Assembly: GCA_002269645.1 (NCBI GenBank)
Contig: NIVC01000300.1
Coordinates: forward strand, 1-64,000
Reading direction: 5' to 3'
Origin: Macrostomum lignano
Taxonomy: Eukaryota
Length of the DNA: 64,000 nt
Of the stretch, positions 33,983 through 48,237 are shown piece by piece (positions within the stretch are counted from its first letter, which is position 1; every line of letters starts with the position of its first letter). The position numbers were made by a program, and so were the translations under genes. The notes under the pieces were generated by a model. The model was not told the origin of the DNA. It saw only the letters and a program-made list of their open reading frames with translations, and did no database searches.

Positions 33983-36900
33983 TCACATTTTGTAGCTGAG
34001 CACTCTGTTACGGGCAGCTCTTGGATGTTCTCGCGTGGCGATGCTACCGCTGGGTAGACCGGCGGGCTCTCCGGCAGGTTGACCGGCAGGTTGGCCGGCA
34101 GGTTGGCCGGCAGGCTCTCCGGCAGGCTGGCCGGCAGGCTCTCCGGCAGGCTGGCCGGCAGGTTGGCCGGCAGGCTCTCCGGCAGGTTGGCCGGCAGGCT
34201 CTCCGACCAGGGGCCGCAGCTGCGAGACGTGGCGCATGCAGGACTGTTCGCCGCGTTGCAGGACACACGTGTCTCCCTGGACCTGCTTGACTGTCCAAGG
34301 ATGTGGCTCGAACGGCAGCTGCAGTTTGTTACGTGGCTGCTTCTTTCGCAGAACTTTGTTGCCGACTTTGACGCCGTGCTCCTTGACACCCTTGCGATCA
34401 TCGAAGCGCGCCTTCATGTCTTGGACATAGTTTCTGTGCCAGCTCTGCACCTCTTCATGGTTAATGTCGATGAGCTGTGATGGTTTGATGGTCGGGATGC
34501 CGTCGTTCATCGTCCTGCCCATGAGTAGCTCAGCGGGTGCGCGGCCGGTCGCTCGATGTGGTGTCGTGCGGAACGCCAACAGCCAGTCCTCGCTAGCCTC
34601 CCGCCAGTTACGACCTTCGGCCACTGCCGTCTGAATCACTTTCCCGATGCTGCGGTTGACTCGCTCCGTCGCTCCATTGGATTCTGGGTGTAGCGGGCAG
34701 ATGAGGCGGTGGTGAATGCCGTACGAAGCGAGGAAGCTGCGGAAAGCTGCCGAGCTGAATGGCGGGCCGTTGTTGGTGACCACCTCGATCGGGACGCCGT
34801 ACCTGCCGAACAGCCTCCGCAGGTGGGGGATCGCGCTCTCCGCCGTCGTCGAGTTGAGAAAATTGACTTCTGGGTATTTTGAATACAAGTCGGTGGTGAC
34901 CAGGAGCATCTGGCCCTGCACTGGGCCGTAGAAATCCATACCTAGTAGCAGCCAGGCACCGTCCGGAATTTCCGTCGGCCTCAATGGTGTCTGTCGCAAT
35001 CCGGTGGCCGCAGCCTGGCACAGTGTGCAGCACTGGACGAAGAGCTCGCAGTCGCTGCGCATCCGAGGCCACCACACCTTCGTCTGCAGGCGTTTAAGGG
35101 TGCGATCGGCGCCCAGATGACCGGTGTGCGCCAGTTGAAGGATCGGCCTGCGCAGCGACTCGGGGATGACGATGAGGTCACCGCGGAGTAATACTCCGTC
35201 GCTTTCCGACAGTTCGCCGCTGATGGACTTGAAGGAGCGCTGGGCTGCCGCTCGCATGTCCCAGCGGCCGGTTCGAATCGCGTTCAGCGCCGCCTGGACG
35301 TCCCTGTCGGTGCGCGATGCTTCCCGAACCTGGTCGAGACTGAAGCCCTTTGGCACGGCCCCGGTCGACACGGCGTTGATGAAGGCGGCGTCGAGCTCTT
35401 CACCTACATTCCGACGCCGCTCTGGCAGAGGCTGCCGACTCAGCAGGTCAGCCGGGTTGGTCGAGCCTGGCCGGTAGAGCAGGTTGAAGCGGAGATGCTG
35501 AATGCGCAGCGCCATTCGCTCGATCCGCGGTGGCGGACGGGAGCCAGGCTTGAAAAGCGGCACGAGCGGTCGGTGGTCCGTCACCAGGGTGAAGTCTGGG
35601 TCGCCAGCCAGATAGTGCTCAAACTTGAGACACCCAAATTTGATGGCCAACGCCTCCCGCTCGATCTGCGCGTACCGCTGCTCCACCGGCGAGAGGGCTC
35701 TGCTGGCGTAGGCGACGGGTCTGCTGTTGCCGTCTGGCTGCCGCTGAGTGAGGATGGCGCCGAGGCCGATCGGCGATGCGTCCACCAGGAGCTCCGTGTG
35801 CAGCCTGCGGTCGAAAAAGGCCAGCGTGTCCGCGTCTGAGAATGCCTTCTTGATGCCGTTAAACGCCGCTGTGTGTTTTTCTGTCCACTCCCAGGCTTGG
35901 CCCTTCTTCGTTAGCTGCCGGAGTGGGGCCGCGAGGTCAGCGAAGTTCGGGATGAACTTTGCCAGGAAGTTAGCGGTTCCCAGGAAAGAGCGGACGTCGG
36001 CCACGTTGGAGGGCTCTCGGAAGTTCTGCATGGCGTCAATTTTCTCGGTGGCCGGTTGCATGCCCCGGGCGGTCAGGCGCATCCCAAGAAACTCTACAGT
36101 CGGCCGGGCGAACCTGCACTTGTCCTGATTGAGGGTGATCCCGAACTCTCGGAGGCGCTGAAGGCAGGCGTCCAGCCTCTCATGGTGCTGCTTCAGGTCG
36201 GAGGCGTATACCACCACGTCGTCGTGCGCCCACCGGACGCCGTCGATGCCGCTGAGGATGCCAAGCATGACTCGTTGAAGGATTTCCGAGGCATTTGTGA
36301 ACCCCATGCTGAGCCTCTTGAGCCGCATCAGTCCGAGGGGCGTGCTGAAGGTGAAGAGGTGACGGCTGCTCTCGTGGACTGGGATCTGATAAAAAGCCTT
36401 CCGGATATCGAGTTCGCTGAACAGCTTGGCGTCTGCCATTTCCTCGGTGATTTCATCCAGCGTGGGGATTTGCTGCTTCTCTGGGATGACGAAAGCGTTG
36501 AGATCACGGAGGTCCTGGCAGATTCAAACGCCACCGTCGCCCTTGGGCACCACCACCATGCGTGACACCCAGGCGCTGGGACCTTTGACTGCCTCAATGA
36601 TGCCCTGCTCCTCCAAAGCCTTGAGCTCGTCCACTACGGCCTCTTTCAGGTGCGCCGCCACACGTGAGGGCGCCTGGCAGACTGGAACAGCGTCATCGGA
36701 CAGCTGGATCTGGACCTCTACACCCTTGATGCAGCCGATGCCGTTGAAGACTTCTTTGTGCCTCTGCAGGATGGCCTTAAGCTGGGGGTCGCTATACTGC
36801 TCGGAGGGTGTGGTGTCGGCGAAGGCGTTTATGTTTTGCGGCTTGGTAGCTTCAGGTCGCTGGATCTTCAGCACTCCTAGCTTGAATGCGGGCTGACGCC

Positions 36901-38061
36901 CCAGTATCGTCAGGCCGTCGCCGTCCATGATGTGGAAGGTCGCGGTTGTTCTGGCAGATCCCACTTGGATGTCAAGATCGGCGGTACCCACAATCCTGAG
37001 AGGTGTCGGTACCCGTAGGCGCGAACTTCGGCTCTTGTTGGGCGTGGGCTTGGCAGGCTGAGCGCTCTGAAGGTGCCGAGACTCATGATACTGCAGCTGG
37101 CTCCGCTGTCAATCATCATGGGAAGCTGCCGGTTTGCCACCTGCACAGTCAGTGAGACGTCGGATGGGTATTTGTCGCGGTTGTACAGCGCGAACACATC
37201 CTCGTTGACGGAGCCGTCGGCAGCTGTGAATACAGCATTGGTGCTGATTTGCTGCTGTGGGATCCGGCTGCTGTTTGACTGCCGAGGCTGACGGCAGGCA
37301 AGAGCGAGGTGGTTGGGCTTACCGCAGTTGTGGCAGATCTTGCCCTTGGCAGCGTCGCAGGTAGCGTGGCCTTTCTCGCCGCAGCGGTAGCAGGTGCGCT
37401 GCTGCTGGTCGCCGGGCCTGCTGGTCGTCTGAGCCGGGCCACGCCTGTTCGTTCTCACCTTGTCGCCCTTGGCAACGCTGGCCACGTGCGAGTCTGTCTT
37501 CTCCATCTCGGTGGCTTGTTCCTCTGCAGCCTCGAACGCCCTCGCCTTTCGCAAGGCCTCTTCCAGGCTGATGTTCGCCTCCTGAAGCAGCCGCCTGCGC
37601 AGCTTGTCAGAGCTGCAGGTTGCCACGAGCTGGTCTCTGATGAGCGAGTCCTTCAGCTGCTCGAAGTCGCACGGCTCTGCCGCAGTGCGCAGTCTGGTGT
37701 ACCAGGACTCGATGGACTCTCCGGTGGCCTGGGTGGATAGGCGGAACTGATATCTGGCGAATACTATGTTCTTTCTTCCGTTGAAGAATGTCTTCAAAGC
37801 GTCCAGCGTCTGCTTGAGGGTGACTTGGCCGTCCTCTGTGGTCGCTGCAGGCTTGGCCTCCTCGCGGATGATGTCGGCGATTTCCTTGCCTGCTGTGTAG
37901 CTGAGTAGTTTGCACTTTTGCTTCTCGTTGGTGATGCCTGATGCATCGATGAAGTCTTCAAAGCGGTCCGCCCATTGACTCCAGCGCTTGCCCGCGTTGT
38001 GTGGGTCTGCTGATACTGAGAATGGCTCAGGTGGGGGCAGTGAGAGAAAGTTGGCTGCCAT
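33983..38061 (-). pseudogene. Single-ORF gag-pol (Gag, two zinc knuckles, protease, RT, RNase H, integrase) with one frameshift, one nonsense codon and a catalytic substitution
   Basis: MAANFLSLPPPEPF; CYRCGEKGH..C / CHNCGKPNH..C; IDSGAS; ELDIRKAFYQ; WAHDD; DASPIGLGA; H.GH.G..WW..C..C; DFYGP; VTNNGPPF; SNGATER. Frameshift at ~37013; TGA at 36524-36526. Confidence 0.93.
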
Positions 38062-38099
38062 GATTTGTTTACCGCGCGGTAGGCGGCTTGCGACGCCAC

Positions 38100-38324
38100 T
38101 GTAGAGAGCGAAGCCGAGAGAGAGAAAGTTATGTGTTGTGTGTAACCGATAAAGCCTCAATCCATTGTAGGCTCTGTGCGATCGATTTATATATTTAGCA
38201 GCGACCCTGCAGTTGAGACTGCGTACATTAAAAACAGAAAGCCAAGAATATTGGCTGTACATCGGAAATGCACACCAGGACTAAAAACACTTATTATGCA
38301 AGCACTGGGCAGCAGGTGCCTACA
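38100..38324 (-). repeat. 5' LTR, 225 bp
   Basis: TG...CA ends with 5-bp inverted termini TGTAG/CTACA, one nucleotide before the PBS. Confidence 0.85.
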
Positions 38325-38347
38325 GTGTCTTAGTGTCTTAGTGTCTT

Positions 38348-38388
<41 letters not shown>

Positions 38389-38392
38389 TCTA

Positions 38393-41300
38393 CTGTCTGT
38401 GTGTTTACGTGGACTTTTTGGAAGTTCAGTAGCCTCGTTAGCTGGACCAACCGGTGTAGGTAGACCACTTAGGTGGACCACCAAATAATTTTGTCTCTGG
38501 TGGGGTTAAGACGTTGATGAGGATCTCACATTAATGTCAGGCGGGTCAAGAAAGGCTTAAGCAATTTTGGGATGTCTAGCATGGTTTTTGCCAAAGTTAT
38601 TTGCATTTCAGTTTAGCTGGACCTCCAGCCTGGTCTACCTAAACCGAGCGAGTCTGGTCCACGTAAACCGAAAAATTTTAGAAAATTTTTCGAAAATCGT
38701 CTGTTTGTGTCTGTTTGTGTCTGTTTGTGTCTGTTTGTGTATAGCAGTTATCAAGCATAGATTCAATGCAAAACTGATTTTTTTACAGATCATTACCTTA
38801 CGAACAAAGGGCTATGTTGGCATCATATTATGACCGCTACTGGCTTTAAAACAATATGCGTTCAGTTCTTTGACATTCAAGTAGGTACGCAGGTTAATTA
38901 AAAATTCTGAAACCTCGTATGCGAAATGAATTTGATACAGTAAACTTTAAACTCCATTTAATTAGCTCAGTTCCAGCAATTCCCGTATCGTACTCTGAGC
39001 ACAGACTCACAGAGTAAGACACCAACGTAAAGAAATCCAATTCGCTAACCAGATCAAACGATAAAGACTCCGAGACAAGAAAGATATTTAAGTGAAGCTT
39101 AAATAGTATTCTTCAATGACTTCTCAAGAACTCCCAGTGGTCCTTGATAGCCACACTGTGTAAATGCGAATTTCTGAGGCTCTACCATTACACAAGAAGA
39201 AAATAGCAACTTCATGAATTAAGTGCTTGCCAATTCTATCCTAAACACTATGGGATATCCTGTTCTATCCTCCTCCAATGTTGGAAGAAGAAGATCCTAA
39301 GCTGCAGCCTTTCAAGTGCAAAGTTGAAGATGCAATTTACCTAAGTGAAAAGGACAATTCATACATGTACATGCAAAAGATTTGATCAAGAGGACGCAAT
39401 TAAGAAGGGCCTTTTAGCTAGCGATCGGGTCTCTGACTCTCTAGCAAAAGGTCGACTTGATTGCGGTCCCAGTAAAACTAAGAACGCATTAACAGTCAGC
39501 CTAACACTCACTGTCTGTTTGGTCCACGTAAACACATGTGCAGGAGTATAGGGTTGGAACAGACAGACAGACAGACCTCCCTTTCTATAATTGGCTGCTT
39601 AACACTTAGGAGGATAGATCCACCCCAACAATGGGACCGACCGCAGCCAATAGGAAACCCGCAAGCGTTCTGAAGGTAAGACAGTGGAGAGAGGGATATA
39701 TAATGTCTAAGCGGGTGGTCCACGTAAACCATGGCGTAGTGAGACCAGACACAGACAGTTTAAAAGAAAGTACTTATAATCCATACTATACAACTCTAAA
39801 GGATTGCAATTGTATAGATTAGAACGGTTTTTTATACTTAATAGGTCTAATGTTAATCCTTACTCCAAGTTTCATCCATATATAAATTTATTGTGCCAAA
39901 AACTGTAATCTACAACCAAGATATGATGACCCGCAAAAAAGGACGCCAAGCCTAAAATAAAAACTAAAAAAACACCGTCGCAAAAAGCCACTGCGAAATC
40001 GAAGAAGCCGCATCGCCTGGTGAAAATCATCAGTCTGCTCGCAAATCCGTCGACACCGAGTCCAGAAAAGTGAGTTTCGTTTGATGATCTCAAAGTAGCT
40101 AGCTGCAAGGCCTGCAACTCAATTGCTGTAGAGAAGCTGGTCCACCTAACCTACAGACACAACTGAATCAGCTCTCTCAGTCTGTTTGAGGCTTTGGCTC
40201 TCAGAAGGTGGTCCACCTAACCTACAGACACAACTCGAACAGATTTCTCTGTCTGTTTGAGGCTCTGGATCTCAGAGCCGCCGAGAAAGTTTAGTGCCGA
40301 GAATGCTTCAGTTTGTTAGAATGCAATCAGAACAGATTCCTAGAAAGTGAGCTAGTCCAGCATCAAGGCAGAACATCTGGATGTGTAACGAGAGGCTCTC
40401 GGAGACTCCTGGCTCAGATTATCGCCTAGAAGTGCTTTGGAGTATCTGGTCCACCTAACCTACAGACACAACTCGAACAGATTTCTGTCTGTTTGAGGCT
40501 CTGGATCTCAGAGCCGCCGAGAAAGTTTAGTGCCGAGAATGCTTCAGTTTGTTAGAATGCAATCAGAACAGATTCCTAGAAAGTGAGCTAGTCCAGCATC
40601 AAGGCAGAACATCTGTATGTGTAACGAGAGGCTCTCGGAGATTCCTGGCTCGGATTATCGCCTAGAAGTGCTGTGGAGTAGCTGGTCCACCTAACCTACA
40701 GACACAACTCGAACAGATTTCTCTGTCTGTTTGAGGCTCTGGCTCTCAGAGCCGCCGAGAAAGTTTAGTGCCGAGAATGCTTCAGTTTTTAGAATGCAAT
40801 CAGAACAGATTCCTAGAAAGTGAGCTAGTCCAGCATCAAGGCAGAACATCTGGATGTGTAACGAGAGGCTCTCGGAGATTCCTGGCTCAGATTATCGCCT
40901 AGAAGTGCTTTGGAGTAGCTGGTCCACCTAACCTACAGACACAACTCGAACAGATTTCTCTGTCTGTTTGAGGCTCTGGCTCTCAGAGCCGCCGAGAAAG
41001 TTTAGTGCCGAGAATGCTTCAGTTTGTTAGAATGCAATCAGAACAGATTCCTAGAAAGTGAGCTAGTCCAGCATCAAGGTAGAACATCTGGATGTGTAAC
41101 GAGAGGCTCTCGGAGATTCCTGGCTCGGATTATCGCCTAGAAGTGCTTTGGAGTAGCTGGTCCACCTAACCTACAGACACAACTCGAACAGATTTCTCTG
41201 TCTGTTTGAGGCTCTGGCTCTCAGAGCCGCCGAGAAAGTTTAGTGCCGAGAATGCTTCAGTTTGTTAGAATGCAATCAGAACAGATTCCTAGAAAGTGAG

Positions 41301-44300
41301 CTAGTCCAGCATCAAGGCAGAACATCTGGATGTGTAACGAGAGGCTCTTGGAGATTCCTGGCTCAGATTATCGCCTAGAAGTGCTGTAGAATAGCTGGTC
41401 CACCTAACCTACAGACACAACTCGAACAGATTTCTCTGTCTGTTTGAGGCTCTGGCTCTCAGAGCCGCCGAGAAAGTTTAGTGCCGAGAATGCTTCAGTT
41501 TGTTAGAATGCAATCAGAACAGATTCCTAGAAAGTGAGCTAGTCCAGCATCAAGGTAGAACATCTGGATGTGTAACGAGAGGCTCTCGGAGATTCCTGGC
41601 TCGGATTATCGCCTAGAAGTGCTTTGGAGTAGCTGGTCCACCTAACCTACAGACACAACTCGAACAGATTTCTCTGTCTGTTTGAGGCTCTGGATCTCAG
41701 AGCCGCCGAGAAAGTTTAGTGCAGAAAATGCTTCAGTTTGTTAGAATGCAATCAGAACAGATTCCTAGAAAGTGAGCTAGTCCAGCATCAAGGCAGAACA
41801 TCTGGATGTGTAACGAGAGGCTCTCGGAGACTCCTGGCTCAGATTATCGCCTAGAAGTGCTTTGGGTTAGCTGGTCCACCTAACCTACAGACACAACTCG
41901 AACAGATTTCTGTCTGTTTGAGGCTCTGGATCTCAGAGCCGCCGAGAAAGTTTAGTGCCGAGAATGCTTCAGTTTGTTAGAATGCAATCAGAACAGATTC
42001 CTAGAAAGTGAGCTAGTCCAGCATCAAGGCAGAACATCTGGATGTGTAACGAGAGGCTCTCGGAGATTCCTGGCTCAGATTATCGCCTAGAAGTGCTGTG
42101 GAGTAGCTGGTCCACCTAACCTACAGACACAACTCGAACAGATTTCTCTGTCTGTTTGAGGCTCTGGCTCTTAGGTGGTCCACATAACCTACAGACACAA
42201 CTGAAGCAGCTCTCTCAGTCTGTTTGAGGCTTTGGCTCTCAGAAGGTGGTCCACCTAACCTACAGACACAACTCGAACAGATTTCTCTGTCTGTTTAGGC
42301 TCTGGCTCTTAGAGCCGCCGAGAAAGTTTAGTGCCGAGAATGCTTCAGTTTGTTAGAATGCAATCAGAACAGATTCCTAGAAAGTGAGCTAGTCCAGCAT
42401 CAAGGCAGAACATCTGTATGTGTAACGAGAGGCTCTCGGAGATTCCTGGCTCGGATTATCGCCTAGAAGTGCTGTGGAGTAGCTGGTCCACCTAACCTAC
42501 AGACACAACTCGAACAGATTTCTCTGTCTGTTTGAGGCTCTGGCTCTCAGAGCCGCCGAGAAAGTTTAGTGCCGAGAATGCTTCAGTTTTTTAGAATGCA
42601 ATCAGAACAGATTCCTAGAAAGTGAGCTAGTCCAGCATCAAGGTAGAACATCTGGATGTGTAACGAGAGGCTCTCGGAGATTCCTGGCTCGGATTATCGC
42701 CTAGAAGTGCTTTGGAGTAGCTGGTCCACCTAACCTACAGACACAACTCGAACAGATTTCTCTGTCTGTTTGAGGCTCTGGCTCTCAGAGCCGCCGAGAA
42801 AGTTTAGTGCCGAGAATGCTTCAGTTTGTTAGAATGCAATCAGAACAGATTCCTAGAAAGTGAGCTAGTCCAGCATCAAGGTAGAACATCTGGATGTGTA
42901 ACGAGAGGCTCTCGGAGATTCCTGGCTCAGATTATCGCCTAGAAGTGCTGTAGAATAGCTGGTCCACCTAACCTACAGACACAACTCGAACAGATTTCTC
43001 TGTCTGTTTAGGCTCTGGCTCTTAGAGCCGCCGAGAAAGTTTAGTGCAGAAAATGCTTCAGTTTGTTAGAATGCAATCAGAACAGATTCCTAGAAAGTGA
43101 GCTAGTCCAGCATCAAGGCAGAACATCTGGATGTGTAACGAGAGGCTCTCGGAGACTCCTGGCTCAGATTATCGCCTAGAAGTGCTTTGGAGTAGCTGGT
43201 CCACCTAACCTACAGACACAACTCGAACAGATTTCTCTGTCTGTTTGAGGCTCTGGCTCTTAGGTGGTCCACATAACCTACAGACACAACTGAAGCAGCT
43301 CTCTCAGTCTGTTTGAGGCTTTGGCTCTCAGAAGGTGGTCCACCTAACCTACAGACACAACTCGAACAGATTTCTCTGTCTGTTTGAGGCTCTGGCTCTT
43401 AGGTGGTCCACATAACCTATAGACACAACTGAAGCAGCTCTCTCAGTCTGTTTGAGCTTTGGCTCTCAGAAGGTGGTTCACCTCACCTACAGACACAACT
43501 CGAACAGATTTCTCTGTCTGTTTGAGGCTCTGGCTCTCAGGTGGTCCACATAACCTACAGACACAACTGGAACAGATTTCTGTGTCTGTTTGATTGTCAG
43601 TTAATTTTATTATCTACCTTTGTAGGAGCCTGTGGTTGATTTTGTTCGCCTGAGCTCGACGAGACTGACTGCGTTTCACCGAGATGAAGGTTAAAACGAA
43701 CTGTAAAAGAAGATTCAAACCACTAATTGACGAGAAATATAGAAAGGTTCATCATAGAGCTGAGCTGACGAAAGCGGATTCGATTGCTGAGTAAGCTGAA
43801 ATTCGTGAGAGAGGCAATGACAGATCAATAACAGAAGCGGTCCCGGACCACGGAGGCAGGGAAGGTCCAGGAGAATATTTCGTAGAAAAATAAGAAGATT
43901 AAGCCATCATCTGCGTGAACGAAAAGATGAAAGTCGGTAAAATGATTGGCTTATCATATGATTGCTCACCAACTCATTCAGTATAATAGGACTGATGTAG
44001 TCAAATCAATTTAATTTCAGTTTAGTAACTTTTGTCGTTATTAAAAATGCCCTTCAACTTCTTGTAGGCTCGTACTCGGATGACCTTTTTTAACTAATGG
44101 AATCTGACGTTTGTTAACATGTATTTGAAGCATACATTTTGACCTAAATTAGTTTTAATGAGTTTACAGTTAGTATTTGATATGATTCTGTATTTATTTT
44201 CAAAATGCTTTATTTTCATTCACCTTCTTGTATTCACGCGACGCAACTAACTAATGCGATCGTACATTTGTTTAACCCGATTAACCCGATTAATAATGCT

Positions 44301-44657
44301 AAATAAATTGGTTTGAACTTGGGATATTTTCATTAAATGACGTCGTAACCCTTTTATCTGTTCTTTTTGAGAATTTCTGTTTTAATAGTTCAAAAGAACA
44401 GTTTAAAGCAATAAATTTTCTACAACGAAAGAGGTCTAACTAAACCAACTGTTTTTTTGCGGTCCACCTAACCCGGTCCCCAAAACGTAGTTAGTGAACC
44501 ACCACAGTTTCCCCGAACTGGCTATTCCGTCAAGTTAACAAAAAGATAACCCTAGCTAGCCTTTCGCGTTGTCAAAACAGACTCTATTTTTTAACCGGAA
44601 TTGCGTGGTCCACGTAACGCATTAACATAACTCAGGTCCCGCTAAACACACAGACAG
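38393..44657. mobile_element. Putative non-autonomous DNA element (Helentron/DINE- or MITE-like) carrying a central satellite
   Basis: Imperfect 22-bp terminal inverted repeat (38393-38414 vs 44636-44657, 19/22 match); an inner 14-bp inverted partner at 39522-39535; recurring GGTCCAC(G/C)TAA motif; (GTCT)n on both flanks. No TSD found. Confidence 0.45.
40135..43595. repeat. ~238-bp satellite (about 14 units) interspersed with ~70-bp subunits
   Basis: GGTCCACCTAACCTACAGACACAAC... restarts at 40684, 40921, 41159, 41397, 41635 and 41873. Confidence 0.97.
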
Positions 44658-44665
44658 TCGTAAGA

Positions 44666-45905
<1,240 letters not shown>

Positions 45906-46139
45906 CCTCTTCGCCAGCCTGCTGCTACTCGAGTGTGTGCAACATCAGCAGCCGGCCGTCCTGACGGTGTACAGCCCCGGCGTGAACCAGGAGTCCTGTT
46001 CATCCTGGGCCAAAAGGTGGACAGGAAGCGGCAGGTTCAAGTCCTGCCGGACGGCTTGATGGGGCTGTACGTTATGAAACTTGAATTTCTTGACATCATA
46101 GATTTCATAGATTTCCTAGAGCACCAAATCTCCAAAATC

Positions 46140-46460
46140 TCCTAGATCTCCTGGATCATTTAGACCTCCTAGATTTCCTAGATCTCCCAGATCTCCTAGA
46201 TCTCCTAGATCTCCTAGATCTCCTGGATCATTTTGATCTCCTAGACCTCCTAGATCTCCTAGATCTCCTAGATCTCCTAGATCTCCTAGATCTCCTAGAT
46301 CTCCTAGATCTCCTGGATCATTTTGATCTCCTAGATCTCCTAGATCTCCTAGACCTCCTAGATCTCCTAGATTTCCTAGATCTCCTGGATCATTTTGATC
46401 TCCTGGATCATTTTGATCTCCTGGATCATTTTGATCTCCTGGATCATTTTGATCTCCTGT
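46140..46460. repeat. 9-bp (CTCCTAGAT)n repeat with 18-bp variants
   Basis: Visible periodicity. Confidence 0.9.
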
Positions 46461-46794
46461 ATCTTCTAACTTTTAGATTTCAGATAAAATGTATTTTTCG
46501 GTTCACCTAATCCCTAGAGTTCCTAATCAATCCCTTCCTTATTAAACAAAATCTAATTATCCAACTTTTAACTATCAAAACCAGCTGCCTAAGCAGAACA
46601 TTTTGCAAAATCAATTCGTCAGTCGATGCTTTGATAAACTTTTTTTCAATGTTTTCCTGCGATAATTCAGTTCAGTTACATTGTGCTTATTTAATATTAA
46701 TTCAAATCAATTATAGTTTTTAATTTTTTCCTGAAAACATTCCTTCAGGCATTGATTTATCTTATTAATTTCTGACACACTGTCATTTGCCCGA

Positions 46795-47775
46795 AAAATC
46801 CTCTCTGACCCACAATCCTCTCTGACCCACAATCCTCTCTGACCCACAATCCTCTCTGACCCACAATCCTCTCTGACCCACAATCCTCTCTGACCCACAA
46901 TCCTCTCTGACCCACAATCCTCTGACCCACAATCCTCTCTGACCCACAATCCTCTCTGACCCACACTCCTCTCTGACCCACAATCCTCTGACCCACAATC
47001 CTCTCTGACCCACAATCCTCTCTGACCCACAATCCTCTCTGACCCACACTCCTCTCTGACCCACAATCCTCTCTGACCCACAATCCTCTCTGACCCACAA
47101 TCCTCTCTGACCCACAATCCTCTCTGACCCACAATCCTCTCTGACCCACAATCCTCTCTGACCCACAATCCTCTCTGACCCACAATCCTCTCTGACCCAC
47201 AATCCTCTCTGACCCACAATCCTCTCTGACCCACAATCCTCTCTGACCCACAATCCTCTCTGACCCACAATCCTCTCTGACCCACACTCCTCTCTGACCC
47301 ACAATCCTCTCTGACCCACAATCCTCTCTGACCCACAATCCTCTCTGACCCACAATCCTCTCTGACCCACAATCCTCTCTGACCCACAATAGTCTCTGAC
47401 CCACAATATTTTCTGACCCACAATACTTTCTGATCCACAATCTTCTCTGACCCACAATCCTCTCTGACCCACAATCCTCTCTGACCCACAATCCTCTCTG
47501 ACCCACAATCCTCTCTGACCCACAATCCTCTCTGACCCACAAACCTCACTGACCCACAATCCTCTCTGACCCACAATACTCTCTGACCCACAATACTTTC
47601 TGACCCACAATACTTTCTGATCCACAATCTTCTCTGACCCACAATCCTCTCTGACCCACAATCCTCTCTGACCCACAATACTCTCTGACCCACAATACTT
47701 TCTGACCCACAATACTTTCTGATCCACAATCTTCTCTGACCCACAATCCTCTGACCCACAATCCTCTCTGACCCA
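46795..47775. repeat. 17-bp minisatellite
   Basis: CACAATCCTCTCTGACC. Confidence 0.95.
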
Positions 47776-48237
47776 AATGCTCTTTCCTAGAATCCTGTGA
47801 GACAGCTCTGCTGTTGTCAGCTCGAACCGGAGTTGCTGACATCCCGAGGCTTCAGCTATCAGGTCAAACCTGGAATTCGATGGCACAGGAAATCGCGTGA
47901 GCAAAATCTTCAAGTTTCTTAAAAGCATCAAAGAAATTGAGTCGAAGCAGCTGCAGCTTCACTGACGCAGCAGCGCAATCTGAGCGCTGATCAACAGCCT
48001 TGCGTGACTGCTCAGGACCGAGAATTGCTGGCAAAAGCAGCGTTGCTCACCTGCTGACGGATTTTCAGCTTGAGTGACTTTGGAGACATGTGAGATGCCG
48101 CCTTCTCCTTACTCTGGTGCTCCAAAATAAGTTTATGATTCTTGCGCCACTCCGTCATCCTGGAGAGATGAGACAAGTCATAAAGTCACAAAGAAAGACC
48201 CTAGCAAATCCAAGACAGGTAAGACAGACAGGCGCTA

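Larger units (their letters stand above)
33857..38324 (-). mobile_element. Ty3/Gypsy LTR retrotransposon (Mag / K02A2.6-like), defective
   Basis: 5' LTR at 38100-38324 (TGTAG...CTACA); PBS-like TGGCGTCGC from 38098; PPT TGGGGAGAAT at 33875-33866 followed by only TGTAGGCAC of the 3' LTR; gag-pol lies between. Confidence 0.95.

Noticed and set aside
37005-37020. Programmed ribosomal frameshift in the Gypsy element
   Set aside because: The shift falls inside the protease domain at a GGG run with no slippery heptamer. A 1-nt deletion or sequencing error is simpler.
47780-47970. Possible terminal exon (..NLEFDGTGNRVSKIFKFLKSIKEIESKQLQLH*)
   Set aside because: Weak codon bias, ambiguous acceptor and no homology recognised.
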